From Candidatus Falkowbacteria bacterium RIFOXYA2_FULL_47_19 (GTDB lineage: Bacteria > Patescibacteriota > Patescibacteriia > Patescibacteriales > UBA12075): DNA of 64,000 nucleotides. The position numbers and the translations under genes were made by a program. The notes under the pieces are model-generated. The model saw nothing but the letters and a program-made list of their open reading frames with translations, had not been told where the DNA came from and made no database searches. Below are positions 8,940-18,749 of this stretch, in pieces. The stretch is from NCBI GenBank assembly GCA_001780275.1, contig MFGB01000007.1, positions 66,280 to 130,279 on the forward strand. Reading direction: 5' to 3'. Within the stretch, counting starts at the first letter, position 1. Every line of letters starts with the position of its first letter.

Positions 8940-11900
8940 TTACGCTTTTACATCTCCGAATTTAAGGCCCTTGGCCATACCGAATAAACCGAGAACGGCC
9001 AGGATAAGGGTTAAAAGTTCACTCAGATCAAAGCCGGTTTCAGCCAGGACAGCGACGGCCGTCACTTCTAAATCGGCGGTAGCTGTCACGTCAGCGGCGC
9101 TATTATCGGCTTTCACGGTGGCCGTATTGGCATAAGTTTTAGCCGCGGCCTCATTATTGACGTTCACGGTATAGGACATTTCCTTCTTTTCCCCGGCAGC
9201 CATATCGCCGATCGTCCAGGTGCGGGTTAATTCCTCCATATCGGCAAAAACTAAACCGGCTTCAAGCGTATCGGTCAAAACCACGTTGGCGGCGATGACG
9301 TTACCGGTATTGGTAACGGTCAGGGTATATTTGACGCCGGTATCGCCCGGATTAGCTTTTTCGCGATCAACGGTTTTGGCAAGGGTCAGGATAACTTCAC
9401 TCGCTTCGCCTAATACCGATACCGAGATCGGTTCCGGATTCTCGACCGGGGCCGAACCGGCTTCTCCGGTCTTGTATTCCACCTGCTTGCCGATTTTCTC
9501 CGGCGAAGCGGATGATACCGGCCGGAAATAATAGGTCGTATTCGGAGTTAATCCGGTGATCGTTACCGAATGTCCGGTCACGTGTTCTTCGTCTAATTCA
9601 GTTGACCACTGGTAGCCGTAATTCGGGGCCGATTCCCCGGATACGTCCGGATGGCTGACCGTATCGTAAAGCACGCGTGAAGTGCCCGGTTTGTTGGTAA
9701 GCCAGGTAATAGTAATATAATCTCCGCTCAGTTCATTGGCTCTTTCGTTATAAAGCGTAAGCTCGGAGGGCAACCAGCCGCTCCCGCCCGTTTGCTCTTC
9801 CTTGGCGTATTCACAGCTCTGGTCATTGTTAGTGGCGTTCGGATTATAATTAGTGGCGGAAGAATCAGTACAGCCGTAAACCGGTTCATAATGATTCAGG
9901 AAATAAACTTCAGCATAATCATCCTCGCCGCTAATTTCAACGATTATGGCGTTACCGTCCTGATTATAGCAGGTATTATTACTGCCGACCCCGGTCTGAG
10001 TCCAGCCGGCTTGTGAATCTTCGATAATAGTGTAAGTACCGTAAGGTACAATAAAATCAACACAGCCGTAATTTTCACTGTTTTCTCCCTCAGTCGCGCC
10101 GCTATCTTCATGCTCATTATCGCCGCTGATATTCATGGTCCAGCCGGCAAGCGGATGCAGTATCTGTTGCATAGTGGCCAAGGCTTCTTTGATCTTTACT
10201 GCGTTCCATATTTTATCGACGAAAGATACGTCCTGTGGCGGCGTATATTCCGAATAATCCGGGTAGCCGTCGCCATCCGTATCCTCGTATTTGCAGACCT
10301 GGATCGTGCCTGTATAGGTCGGACAAGTGTCCATATTACAATCCTGGCTGCCGGTCGGTTTATCGCCGTCGCAATATTCGTCATCAATGGTAGCGCCGCT
10401 ATCATCACGGCACTCTACGGTCCGATCCTGAGTGCCGCCGCCGCAATCGGCGCTGCAATCTCCCCATTCGCTCATATACCAGGCATAAGTCGGTTCCGGT
10501 TCAGGGCATTCAGTCAATTCTACCTGGACATCGTCAAGCAAGGTGCCATAAGAATCCGACGTGCCTAAATCGGTAAATTCCAGGTCCGTAGAATCACTGT
10601 CGGCAGTCATAGTATATTCATATTCGGTCCAGGCGGTATCGGTATTATCAGAACCATCGGCGCTTACCGTTTCGTCGATAGAGCCGAATTTTATACCTAA
10701 GCTGTTATTTGCTGAATCTGTCTCAGGGCGCGGCGAAAATTTAAAGGTAAGTTTATAAGTCGCACCGGGAATAGTGGTAATGTTTTGAGAGATAACTACC
10801 GAAGCCGCTTCGTTGCCTTCAGCCGGATAATCAGTATCAAGCTCGGCCCATTGACTGCCTTCGCCCGCGGTCCAGCCTAAACCGGTAGTTTGCAGTTCTA
10901 AATTAGCCATTTCCGGCGCGCCTTCGTCCGGATTAACCCAGGAAACGGCCCAACCTAAACCTTCTGTGCCGGAGGGATAGACCTGCCACTTGCCGTCATG
11001 TTCGGTAACGGTCGGTGTTTCAAAATCGCCATTCATTATTTTAATAGCGCCGGTTTCGCAAGCCGGAGTCTGGCAAACGGTTTCATTGGCGCAATCACTA
11101 TCGTCGCAATCTACGTCACCGTCTCCGTCATTGTCAACGCCATCAACGCAATCATCTTCTATCGGCTCTTCGCAAGCATCGCCCGCGCTGTTCCCGTAAC
11201 TATTTTCCTGGGAGGGATTAGAGATAGTCGGACAATTGTCGCAAACATTACCCACTCCATCCACGTCAGAATCTTCCTGGCCCGAGTTAGCGACCGAAGG
11301 GCAATTATCGCAGGCATCGCCTTTGCTGTCCCCGTCAACATTAACTTGGTCCGGATTGGCAGTACTGGGGCAATTATCCTGACTGTCGCAAACGCTGTCT
11401 TCATCCGCATCCGGACAAGCGCAAACCGAATCGGAGCCGTCGCAATCCTGATCCATGCCGTCGTCGCAAACTTCCTCGGCTCCGGGATTAACGGAACCGT
11501 CATCATCATCGCAGTCGTCGCCGCCGCATGCTAAATTAAGATAACCGTCGCCATCTAAATCCAGATTATCGGTTATGCCATCGCAATCATTATCTACCCC
11601 ATCGCCGCAAACCTCCGCGCCCGTAGCAGTGCATTCATCGCAAACGTCGCCCTGTCCGTCTTGATCGCTGTCGGCCTGGTCTGTGTTGAAAACCATAGAA
11701 CAATTGTCGCAGGCATCGCCCAAGCCGTCGTCGTCGCTATCAAGCTGGTCGGCATTGGCGGTTGAGGGGCAATTGTCCGCACAATTTGCATCTCCGTCCC
11801 CGTCAGCATCAAAACCTTCGTCAATCGCGCCGTCGCAATTATTGTCAATACCGTCGCAAACTTCCTTGGCCCCGGGATAAACAGAACCATCGTCATCGTC

Positions 11901-12716
11901 GCAATCACCGCTACAATCGCTATATCCGTCACTGTCATTATCCGGCTCATCAACGGTTTCGCTATTACAATCGTCATTAATGCCATTGCAGGTTGTTTCC
12001 ATGGCCCCCGGATTGATTGCCGGATTATTATCGTCGCAATCCGCGCCATTCGTGCAATTCTGGCCATAACCATCGCCGTCATCATCAATGCAAACCGGGG
12101 CTGGCGTATAATAAACTTTTACGCGCACCTGGTCTACATACAAAATACCGCCATTATTATTACCGTTAGCATCAAGAAAAATTCTAAACTTATTATCACT
12201 AAAATCACCTAATGACCAGGTTCTGCCCCATTTATCTGTCGCGCCCCCAAGAGGACTAACGTTGTCAGAATATGGATGCGAGGAATCTTTGTGTACGTTG
12301 GTTGTTTTACCAGACGTAACATGCGAACCACCATCCCAAGATATCTTAACGTCAGCCTGTCTTGTGTTAGAGGTGTATCCCTCTACTTGAACTTCAATGC
12401 CGTTTATTGTGGCTCCGGCCGGAATGGAAAAACCAAAATTTTTATAAAAAATCTTGTCATTAGAGGAATCAGCTGATGCCCGATGATTATCAGAGGAATA
12501 TACGTATGTCGGGTTTACCCAACCGCCACCAGTATTGCCCTCATTTCCCGTAGGCGCTTTAAATCCGCTATCCGCCGCCTCTACCGTCGGCGCGACAAAA
12601 AACACGCCCATTAACGACATGTTGAAAATTAACACCGATAAGCTGAAAACGCTTAAAAGCTTATAACCGCCCTTTTTGATGCGCTCCAGGCGATAAAAGC
12701 CCATTTTTTTATGCAT
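8940..12716 (-). CDS. Giant cell-surface protein with LAETG sorting signal (1258 aa)
   Basis: The leader is KLLSVFSLSVLIFNMSLMGVFFVAPTVEAA. The body has Cys/Asp-rich CDDxDxxxxPGAxExCDGxDxDCDG motifs, thrombospondin type-3-like DxDxDGxGDxCDNC repeats and a DUF642/choice-of-anchor-C-like region (NGDFETP..GWAVSW). It also has one TSP1-like repeat, an FN3-like segment and a DUF11-like repeat. The C-terminus is LAETGF plus a hydrophobic tail. Confidence 0.88.
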   Translation of the reverse strand: MHKKMGFYRLERIKKGGYKLLSVFSLSVLIFNMSLMGVFFVAPTVEAADSGFKAPTGNEGNTGGGWVNPTYVYSSDNHRASADSSNDKIFYKNFGFSIPAGATINGIEVQVEGYTSNTRQADVKISWDGGSHVTSGKTTNVHKDSSHPYSDNVSPLGGATDKWGRTWSLGDFSDNKFRIFLDANGNNNGGILYVDQVRVKVYYTPAPVCIDDDGDGYGQNCTNGADCDDNNPAINPGAMETTCNGINDDCNSETVDEPDNDSDGYSDCSGDCDDDDGSVYPGAKEVCDGIDNNCDGAIDEGFDADGDGDANCADNCPSTANADQLDSDDDGLGDACDNCSMVFNTDQADSDQDGQGDVCDECTATGAEVCGDGVDNDCDGITDNLDLDGDGYLNLACGGDDCDDDDGSVNPGAEEVCDDGMDQDCDGSDSVCACPDADEDSVCDSQDNCPSTANPDQVNVDGDSKGDACDNCPSVANSGQEDSDVDGVGNVCDNCPTISNPSQENSYGNSAGDACEEPIEDDCVDGVDNDGDGDVDCDDSDCANETVCQTPACETGAIKIMNGDFETPTVTEHDGKWQVYPSGTEGLGWAVSWVNPDEGAPEMANLELQTTGLGWTAGEGSQWAELDTDYPAEGNEAASVVISQNITTIPGATYKLTFKFSPRPETDSANNSLGIKFGSIDETVSADGSDNTDTAWTEYEYTMTADSDSTDLEFTDLGTSDSYGTLLDDVQVELTECPEPEPTYAWYMSEWGDCSADCGGGTQDRTVECRDDSGATIDDEYCDGDKPTGSQDCNMDTCPTYTGTIQVCKYEDTDGDGYPDYSEYTPPQDVSFVDKIWNAVKIKEALATMQQILHPLAGWTMNISGDNEHEDSGATEGENSENYGCVDFIVPYGTYTIIEDSQAGWTQTGVGSNNTCYNQDGNAIIVEISGEDDYAEVYFLNHYEPVYGCTDSSATNYNPNATNNDQSCEYAKEEQTGGSGWLPSELTLYNERANELSGDYITITWLTNKPGTSRVLYDTVSHPDVSGESAPNYGYQWSTELDEEHVTGHSVTITGLTPNTTYYFRPVSSASPEKIGKQVEYKTGEAGSAPVENPEPISVSVLGEASEVILTLAKTVDREKANPGDTGVKYTLTVTNTGNVIAANVVLTDTLEAGLVFADMEELTRTWTIGDMAAGEKKEMSYTVNVNNEAAAKTYANTATVKADNSAADVTATADLEVTAVAVLAETGFDLSELLTLILAVLGLFGMAKGLKFGDVKA

Positions 12717-13037
12717 ATTTTTCTATATCCCGCCCCGAAATTCATAAAAATATGAACTATGGACGGAAATTATTTATAAAAAATTTTAACGAATAAATAA
12801 AAAACAGCCCCTCGTGCTTTCATCGTAGGACAATCAAGGCTTAATCCTATTATTACATATTTTTAAAAATCAAGCAATATTCAAGTAACTTTAATCAGAC
12901 AAGAAAAGCCCTGTTGGGCTTTTCGCAGTCCGCCTCGGGCGTGATCGGTTATTAGCTCGCCACACTCAACAAACCTTAGTTATAAAAATCACAAAATATT
13001 GAAATTCCTTTACGATAAAAAGCCGATATTTATTATC

Positions 13038-14666
13038 TTAATTCGCGGCTTTTTTCCGAAGTATTGCCGCCGAACCCGCCAAAACCAGCATTACGCCCAA
13101 TAGCACGATAAATTCAACATTATCAAAGCCGGTTTCCGGCAATTTAACGGGTGCCGGCGCTTCCCCGCCCATAGGCGCTCCGACCGTACTTCCTTTAACT
13201 TCAATAGCTAAGGTAGCCATGACCGGATTATGGTTAGAGGCGTATACCACGGCCGTATTCGCGTAAGTTCCGGGTAAAGCCACCGCGCCAACGTCTACCA
13301 GATATTTTATGACCTTGACCTCCCCGGGAAGAATATCGCCCAAGCTCCAGGTTTTGACCGGCTCGCCCGTGTCGGCGTGCACGAGGCCGCCGTAAAGGGT
13401 ATCGGCTAAAGTAACCGCATAGGCGGCTAAATTACCCTGGTTGACGACCGTGATCGTATATTCGATGCTGCCGCCGCCGATATTGGCCGTAGTCCGGTCA
13501 GCGGTTTTTTCTATGGTTAATTCCGGATTTCCGGCCTCTCCTAAAACCTCGGTTTCTTCCGTAGCTGCCGGCAGTGTTTCCGGGACCGTTACCGGAGCCG
13601 CCGGCTTAATTTCTCCGACAACAATATCGGCCGTAGCCGTGACCGGAGAATGATTCGCGGCAAAGGCCTGCGCCACGTTAGTATAGATTCCGGGCGTGGC
13701 CGAAGTCGCGATATCGACAAGGTAGGTAATATTCTTTATCGTTCCCGGTTCTATGTCTCCCAGAAACCATTCTTTGGACGTGTCGTCGGTGCCGTCGAAA
13801 ACGAGCCCTGCGGGCAGATTATCGACCACGTTCACGGCATAAGCCGTCAGATTCCCGTTATTCGCGACCACGATCTTAAATATTTTTTCGCTGATCAAAT
13901 CCGAATTGTTGGCATTCTGGTTGAGTATTACCTTCCCGATCGATAAATTAGGCGTGCCGGCCTCGCCCAAGACCACGGTCTCCGCGTCTCCGCCCAAGGG
14001 CGCGAGGGCCGGCGTCGAGGTGCCTGGTTCGAGACTGCAGGAAATCGTACAATGGTAGCCCGCCTGTACGCCAAGGTCGCCGTCGCAGGCCTCGAAATAC
14101 TCCGTAATGCCGTTGCCGCAATAAAAAGACTCTTCCTCGAATATTCCTTCGTAATTGGCGAAATCAACTTCTACCGCTTCTCCCGCTTTAAGGCCGATAT
14201 TATAATCCACCCCCTTGGGCACAGTCTGGGTCCAGCCCTCTTTTTTTATCTCTTTTAAGCGATATTTCCCTTCCGATAAACCGGAAAAGGAGAAACAGCC
14301 GTTAATATCCGTGGTTGTGGCCGCGTAAACCGAACAAACATCATTCACATTGAACGCGAACTCCCCTGTTTCGCTAATATTACCGCAATTTTCCAAAACA
14401 ATCTCCCAGCCAGGCAATTTTTCCCAGGTTTTTTCAACTTTGCCCGTGCCGCTTATATCGCGGTAACTGCAGCCGGAAACAGAACTTAAGACCGGAACGG
14501 AACTCGTGGCCTCCGTGCTGGTCGCTTCGGCGGATACGGCCTTAACGCCCAGAAAAAAAATGCCGGAGGTAAGAAGAAATAATATTATCAGGCTGAATTT
14601 AATACTTTTGGCCGTTTTAAACATAAAAATAAGGCTTATTTTGAATAAAAAAAACCCGCGTAGCAT
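13038..14666 (-). CDS. Cell-surface protein with LPETG sorting signal (542 aa; alternative ATG at 14624)
   Basis: It has a signal-like N-terminus (..FSLIILFLLTSGIFFLGVKAVSAEA) and an SdrD-B-like module (GWEIVLENCG..GKYRLKEIKKEGWTQT). One Cys-rich repeat and two DUF11-like repeats follow. The C-terminus is KLPETGF plus a hydrophobic span plus RKKAAN. Confidence 0.85.
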   Translation of the reverse strand: MLRGFFLFKISLIFMFKTAKSIKFSLIILFLLTSGIFFLGVKAVSAEATSTEATSSVPVLSSVSGCSYRDISGTGKVEKTWEKLPGWEIVLENCGNISETGEFAFNVNDVCSVYAATTTDINGCFSFSGLSEGKYRLKEIKKEGWTQTVPKGVDYNIGLKAGEAVEVDFANYEGIFEEESFYCGNGITEYFEACDGDLGVQAGYHCTISCSLEPGTSTPALAPLGGDAETVVLGEAGTPNLSIGKVILNQNANNSDLISEKIFKIVVANNGNLTAYAVNVVDNLPAGLVFDGTDDTSKEWFLGDIEPGTIKNITYLVDIATSATPGIYTNVAQAFAANHSPVTATADIVVGEIKPAAPVTVPETLPAATEETEVLGEAGNPELTIEKTADRTTANIGGGSIEYTITVVNQGNLAAYAVTLADTLYGGLVHADTGEPVKTWSLGDILPGEVKVIKYLVDVGAVALPGTYANTAVVYASNHNPVMATLAIEVKGSTVGAPMGGEAPAPVKLPETGFDNVEFIVLLGVMLVLAGSAAILRKKAAN

Positions 14667-14859
14667 TTTAGCCGGCAGGGCGCGGTTTTTATCTGAAAGA
14701 TTTTTTTGAAATAAGCTAGAATTCTCATAACATTAGATTGGTTTTCTCCTTGTTTGATTAAAATCACATTAACACAGTCGAAAAAATAAGTCAATATCCG
14801 AAAATACAAAAAAACGCTTGAGAGATCAAGCGTTTTTAAGTTATTTTAAACGAAAATAT

Positions 14860-17304
14860 TTATTTCAGTATATCCGCGAATTGTTCCCTGACCACATCGG
14901 CCGTTTTTTGGTCTAAGATATCCATAAGGGCGGATAATTGCTCCCGGCATTTATCCAACTCACCTAATTTGCGGTACATGACGGCTAAACTATAGCGGGC
15001 ATTGGCGTGATTCGGGCTGACCGACAGGATGTTCAGGAATAAGGCTTCGGCGATATCAAGATCTTCGTTTCGTCCCACCACGTTGCCTGTCAGCTGATCC
15101 GGTTTTACGCTTAATTCATCGCCCTCGCCCCCTTCTTCTTCGACCGTAAATTCGCTCTCCGTGATCTCCTTGGTGGCCGTCTGGTTAAGGTTAAGCTGAG
15201 CGACGCCGCGATTAAAGAATAAGCGCCCCAATTCGAACCGGTAATCGATATTGTTGCCGGCGATCAGGCTGGCCCTCTTTAACTGTTCGATCGCGTCATC
15301 GATATTGCTGAGCTTTTCCGAGGCTATGGCCTTGCCATAATAGGCCGAGGCCAGATCTCCCTTTTTCTCGATCGCCCGGTCATAGAATTTTACGGCTTCG
15401 CCGACATAATATCCCTGCTCGGTCTTATCGGTTTCGGCGTTAGCCCTGGCCATGTTTATCAAAGCCGTCCTTAAATACGGCACCGGGTTGCTCGGATCGA
15501 GCTCCATGACTTTTTTATAAAGATTTTCGGCCCACTCCAAGGCTCCCCGGGTATAAAACGAGGCGTTTTCGTAAATAAGGGCCAAAGATTCGTTGTTCAT
15601 GGCTTTATTCCCCGAAATCTCAACGGCCTTTTTCCCGTTCTCGATCGCTAAGCTCAAATTGGCGCCTACTTCCGCCTGTCCCCCTCCGGCCAAAGCTATT
15701 TGATTGGCCTTGGACATATAATTATTAGCCAAACCCAGGTAGTAACTATCCTGATATGGCGCCAAAGAGATAGCTCTTTGTAATTTCAGGATTTTACTGT
15801 CCACGACCTGGTCATCGATGGCTTTTTTAGCGTAAATATCGCCCATATACATCTTAAGCCCCATAGTGAACAAAACGACTACGCCGGCGCTTACGCACAA
15901 AAATATCGCGGCCAAAGCCAGGGCATACTTGGCCGAAGACCGGAAAGACAGCTTAAGCGTTTTGAATTTTTCGGGATACATTATTATGGCGACCGATACG
16001 GCTAAAACGGATATTATGACATTAACCAGGATTATCGAACCGTTTTGGGCGAACAAGAGGGCGAAAAGAATAATCGAAATCAGACTGGCGAATAGCGCCA
16101 GGAGAATTGAATTAACGCTCTTTTCCTCGGTTTTTATCAGCGTCAGGAAGGTAATGGAGAGCGCGATCAAGACCACGATACCGACGGCCACCGTACCCAA
16201 AACCCCGACCGAGGAGAGAAGTTCGAATACAATACCGCTCGCGTTATCGAAGCGCATGTTCCACAGCGGCGAACCGTTAAAGCTCAGGTCGCGGAAACGG
16301 GAAAAATTATAATAGAACGTCGAGGGACCGGAGCCGAAAATCGGATTTTCCATTACGCTGTTCCTGGAAATCTCCCAGGAAGCTCCCCGGGACAGGCTGA
16401 CTTCAGCCGGCAAATTCAGAGTGGCGATATTAAAATTTCCCAATACCAGCAAAATGATCAAAGCCAGAAAAACGAACAAGGGTATCAGGAGATTATTATT
16501 CGTGATTTTTATGATCTTTGACAGGAAGAACATTAAAACGATCACAATACTCACTATGGCCACGGGCCAAAAGGTAAAACCGTTGAGCAGGGCCAATATG
16601 GCCAGATCGAGAGCGACGATCAAACCCGACAGGATTTTTAAAATATAAACCGGCGCTTTCCGGGCCTGCGGCATTAATTCCCGCGTTTGGGCCGCCGCGA
16701 TAAGTAAGATCGGCAGAATTATTACCAAATACATGGTCAATTCGGAGAGCGAACCCAGCGGATTAAAACTCTGGGCATGGGTAAAAGAGGCTGGCCACAT
16801 GTATATTTTAATAAGCTGCAGGAAAGAAAAAAGCGTTAAAACCGTGCCGGAAGCAAAAGCGGACCAGAATACGGTTTTTACGCGCTCCTTAGAAAGATTA
16901 TTGATGACCAGATAATAAAACAAAATAAAAATGACCAAGGCCAGAAGGCTTTTGCTGGAGCCGCCGTAAGAACCGATCAGGCTGTCTTTACTGCTTATCG
17001 ACATTATCGTGGAAACCGCGAAAACCACCAAGGTAGCTAATATCGGCAGATCCAGAGGCGTCCTTTTAAGGGTTAATTCGCCCAATATGGCGCCTTTGGT
17101 TACCCAGGCAACGACACCTAAGAGCACCAGAAAATAGAACAAAAGCAGCTTCTCAAAACCCATGCCCTGGGCCACCAACCCGGTAAAAAACAAAGGGCAA
17201 AGGAAAAAAACCAGGCAAATCGCCCCTATTATTATAATATCCAGCCCCTTGGTCGAGGTGTTTTTGCCGGCCTTGATCTGATTATTTTGTTTTAATTCTT
17301 CCAT
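14860..17304 (-). CDS. Polytopic membrane protein, O-antigen ligase/polymerase-like with C-terminal TPR repeats (814 aa)
   Basis: There are more than 10 hydrophobic spans over the first ~480 aa. The C-terminal ~300 aa has TPR-like repeats (AYYGKAIASEKLSNIDDAIEQLKRA.., ARYSLAVMYRKLGELDKC). The family call is tentative. Confidence 0.6.
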   Translation of the reverse strand: MEELKQNNQIKAGKNTSTKGLDIIIIGAICLVFFLCPLFFTGLVAQGMGFEKLLLFYFLVLLGVVAWVTKGAILGELTLKRTPLDLPILATLVVFAVSTIMSISSKDSLIGSYGGSSKSLLALVIFILFYYLVINNLSKERVKTVFWSAFASGTVLTLFSFLQLIKIYMWPASFTHAQSFNPLGSLSELTMYLVIILPILLIAAAQTRELMPQARKAPVYILKILSGLIVALDLAILALLNGFTFWPVAIVSIVIVLMFFLSKIIKITNNNLLIPLFVFLALIILLVLGNFNIATLNLPAEVSLSRGASWEISRNSVMENPIFGSGPSTFYYNFSRFRDLSFNGSPLWNMRFDNASGIVFELLSSVGVLGTVAVGIVVLIALSITFLTLIKTEEKSVNSILLALFASLISIILFALLFAQNGSIILVNVIISVLAVSVAIIMYPEKFKTLKLSFRSSAKYALALAAIFLCVSAGVVVLFTMGLKMYMGDIYAKKAIDDQVVDSKILKLQRAISLAPYQDSYYLGLANNYMSKANQIALAGGGQAEVGANLSLAIENGKKAVEISGNKAMNNESLALIYENASFYTRGALEWAENLYKKVMELDPSNPVPYLRTALINMARANAETDKTEQGYYVGEAVKFYDRAIEKKGDLASAYYGKAIASEKLSNIDDAIEQLKRASLIAGNNIDYRFELGRLFFNRGVAQLNLNQTATKEITESEFTVEEEGGEGDELSVKPDQLTGNVVGRNEDLDIAEALFLNILSVSPNHANARYSLAVMYRKLGELDKCREQLSALMDILDQKTADVVREQFADILK

Positions 17305-17479
17305 ATTTTTTTACCTTAAAGATAAAAAACCGCCAAAAGAGGCTTTTTTGCCCCTTAAAAAATTTCGGTCGTTTATCCACAATTAATATATAAACTTCTA
17401 TTATTTTATCAGAAATAAAAGGCCATGTCTAATAAAATCAGGAAATAATACTATGCGCGCGATAAATAAAAAATTGATT

Positions 17480-18625
17480 TTAATCTAATAGTTCAAGATA
17501 GCCTTTGGCGGTATTTTCCCACGAAAACCGATGTTGGCGCTTGTCGCGGTTTGTCGCCAAGAAAGAAGCCGGGTTGCTGCTGTTTAAAACCACGGAAATA
17601 GCGCCCGCAATTTCCGCGATATTTCCGGAATCGACCAGCAAGGCCTCTTGGCCGACAACTTCCGGCAGGCTTGAATTAGATCCGGCTATGACCGGCACGC
17701 CGCAGGCAGCCGCTTCCAGGGGTGGAAACCCGAAACCCTCGTAAAACGAAGGGTAAACGAACAGGGCGGCCAGATTGTAAATATAAACCTTGTCTTCTTC
17801 GTCTATATAACCGATGAATTTTATGTCTTGGCGGTATTTCGATTCCCGCCATTCCCGGAAAATATCTTCAGATTTCCAGCCTTTAGCTCCGGCGATAACG
17901 AGCTTCATGTCCCTTAGACCGCTGTTGGCGTCCCGAAAGATGCCGTAAGCCCGGATCAGACCGGGTACGTTCTTGCGCGGCTCAAGATTACCTACGTACA
18001 GTATAAAATTCGGCGGTAAGCCGTATTTTTTCCGCACGGCCTCGAATTCTTCCCGTTTTTCCGTCCGGTCAAGCGGCTGATAACGGCGGCTGATGCCCGG
18101 GCGGATAACCTTTATCCGGGCCTCGTCGATGCCGCAAAGTTCGATTATGTCGCGCTTGGTATTTTCGCTGACCGCCGCGATCATGTCGAATTCTTTAAGT
18201 ATCTTTTTGACGTTAAGGGCGCGATGCCAGATATTCTTGCGCAGGGAAAAAAACTCGGGATAACGCAGGAAAGACAGATCGTGGACGGTTATGATCTTCC
18301 GGCAACGGCTGGATAAGGACAAAAAATTAATGTGGGGAGCGATAAACCGTTCTACTCCGAGCAGGCGGTCGATCTTCGGGCGGCTCAGGGTTTTCTGCAT
18401 AAAATAATTGAATATCTTATTCGGATAGCGGATGCGGACGACCCGCGCGTTATCGGCGTTGAATTCCGGGATCCTGGAACTAACATCGCGGCCGGAATTA
18501 TAAAAAAGCCGGTATTCCCGGCTTCGATCGACCTCTAATATTTTCCGCACGAGATTATAAGTATAGCCGGACACGCCGCTCCAGTTTTCATCCATCAGGG
18601 TTCGGATGTCGATGCCTATTTTCAT
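17480..18625 (-). CDS. Glycosyltransferase family 4 (GT-B)
   Basis: The C-terminal domain motif is YPSFYEGFGFPPLEAAACGVPVIAGSNSSLPEVVG (E-x7-E type). Confidence 0.85.
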   Translation of the reverse strand: MKIGIDIRTLMDENWSGVSGYTYNLVRKILEVDRSREYRLFYNSGRDVSSRIPEFNADNARVVRIRYPNKIFNYFMQKTLSRPKIDRLLGVERFIAPHINFLSLSSRCRKIITVHDLSFLRYPEFFSLRKNIWHRALNVKKILKEFDMIAAVSENTKRDIIELCGIDEARIKVIRPGISRRYQPLDRTEKREEFEAVRKKYGLPPNFILYVGNLEPRKNVPGLIRAYGIFRDANSGLRDMKLVIAGAKGWKSEDIFREWRESKYRQDIKFIGYIDEEDKVYIYNLAALFVYPSFYEGFGFPPLEAAACGVPVIAGSNSSLPEVVGQEALLVDSGNIAEIAGAISVVLNSSNPASFLATNRDKRQHRFSWENTAKGYLELLD

Positions 18626-18749
18626 ACTAAAAAATATTATCTAATTATACCAAGCGAACGCTTCTACTGCGCGTGCATTTTATTACTGTATCACAATATC
18701 CCTGCCCGCCGGCAGGCAGGCAATATCTAATATCCAATTATATTTATCA

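Noticed and set aside
9220-12476. Many 65-180-aa ORFs on both strands inside the 1258-aa adhesin gene (for example 10998..11534 and 11594..12088)
   Set aside because: They are shadow frames of Asp/Asn/Cys/Gly-rich repeat DNA. They fall entirely within a much longer ORF that has coherent domain architecture, and they have no RBS and low-complexity products. The same applies to the shadow ORFs inside 1241..6142, 27466..29583 and 46375..51255.
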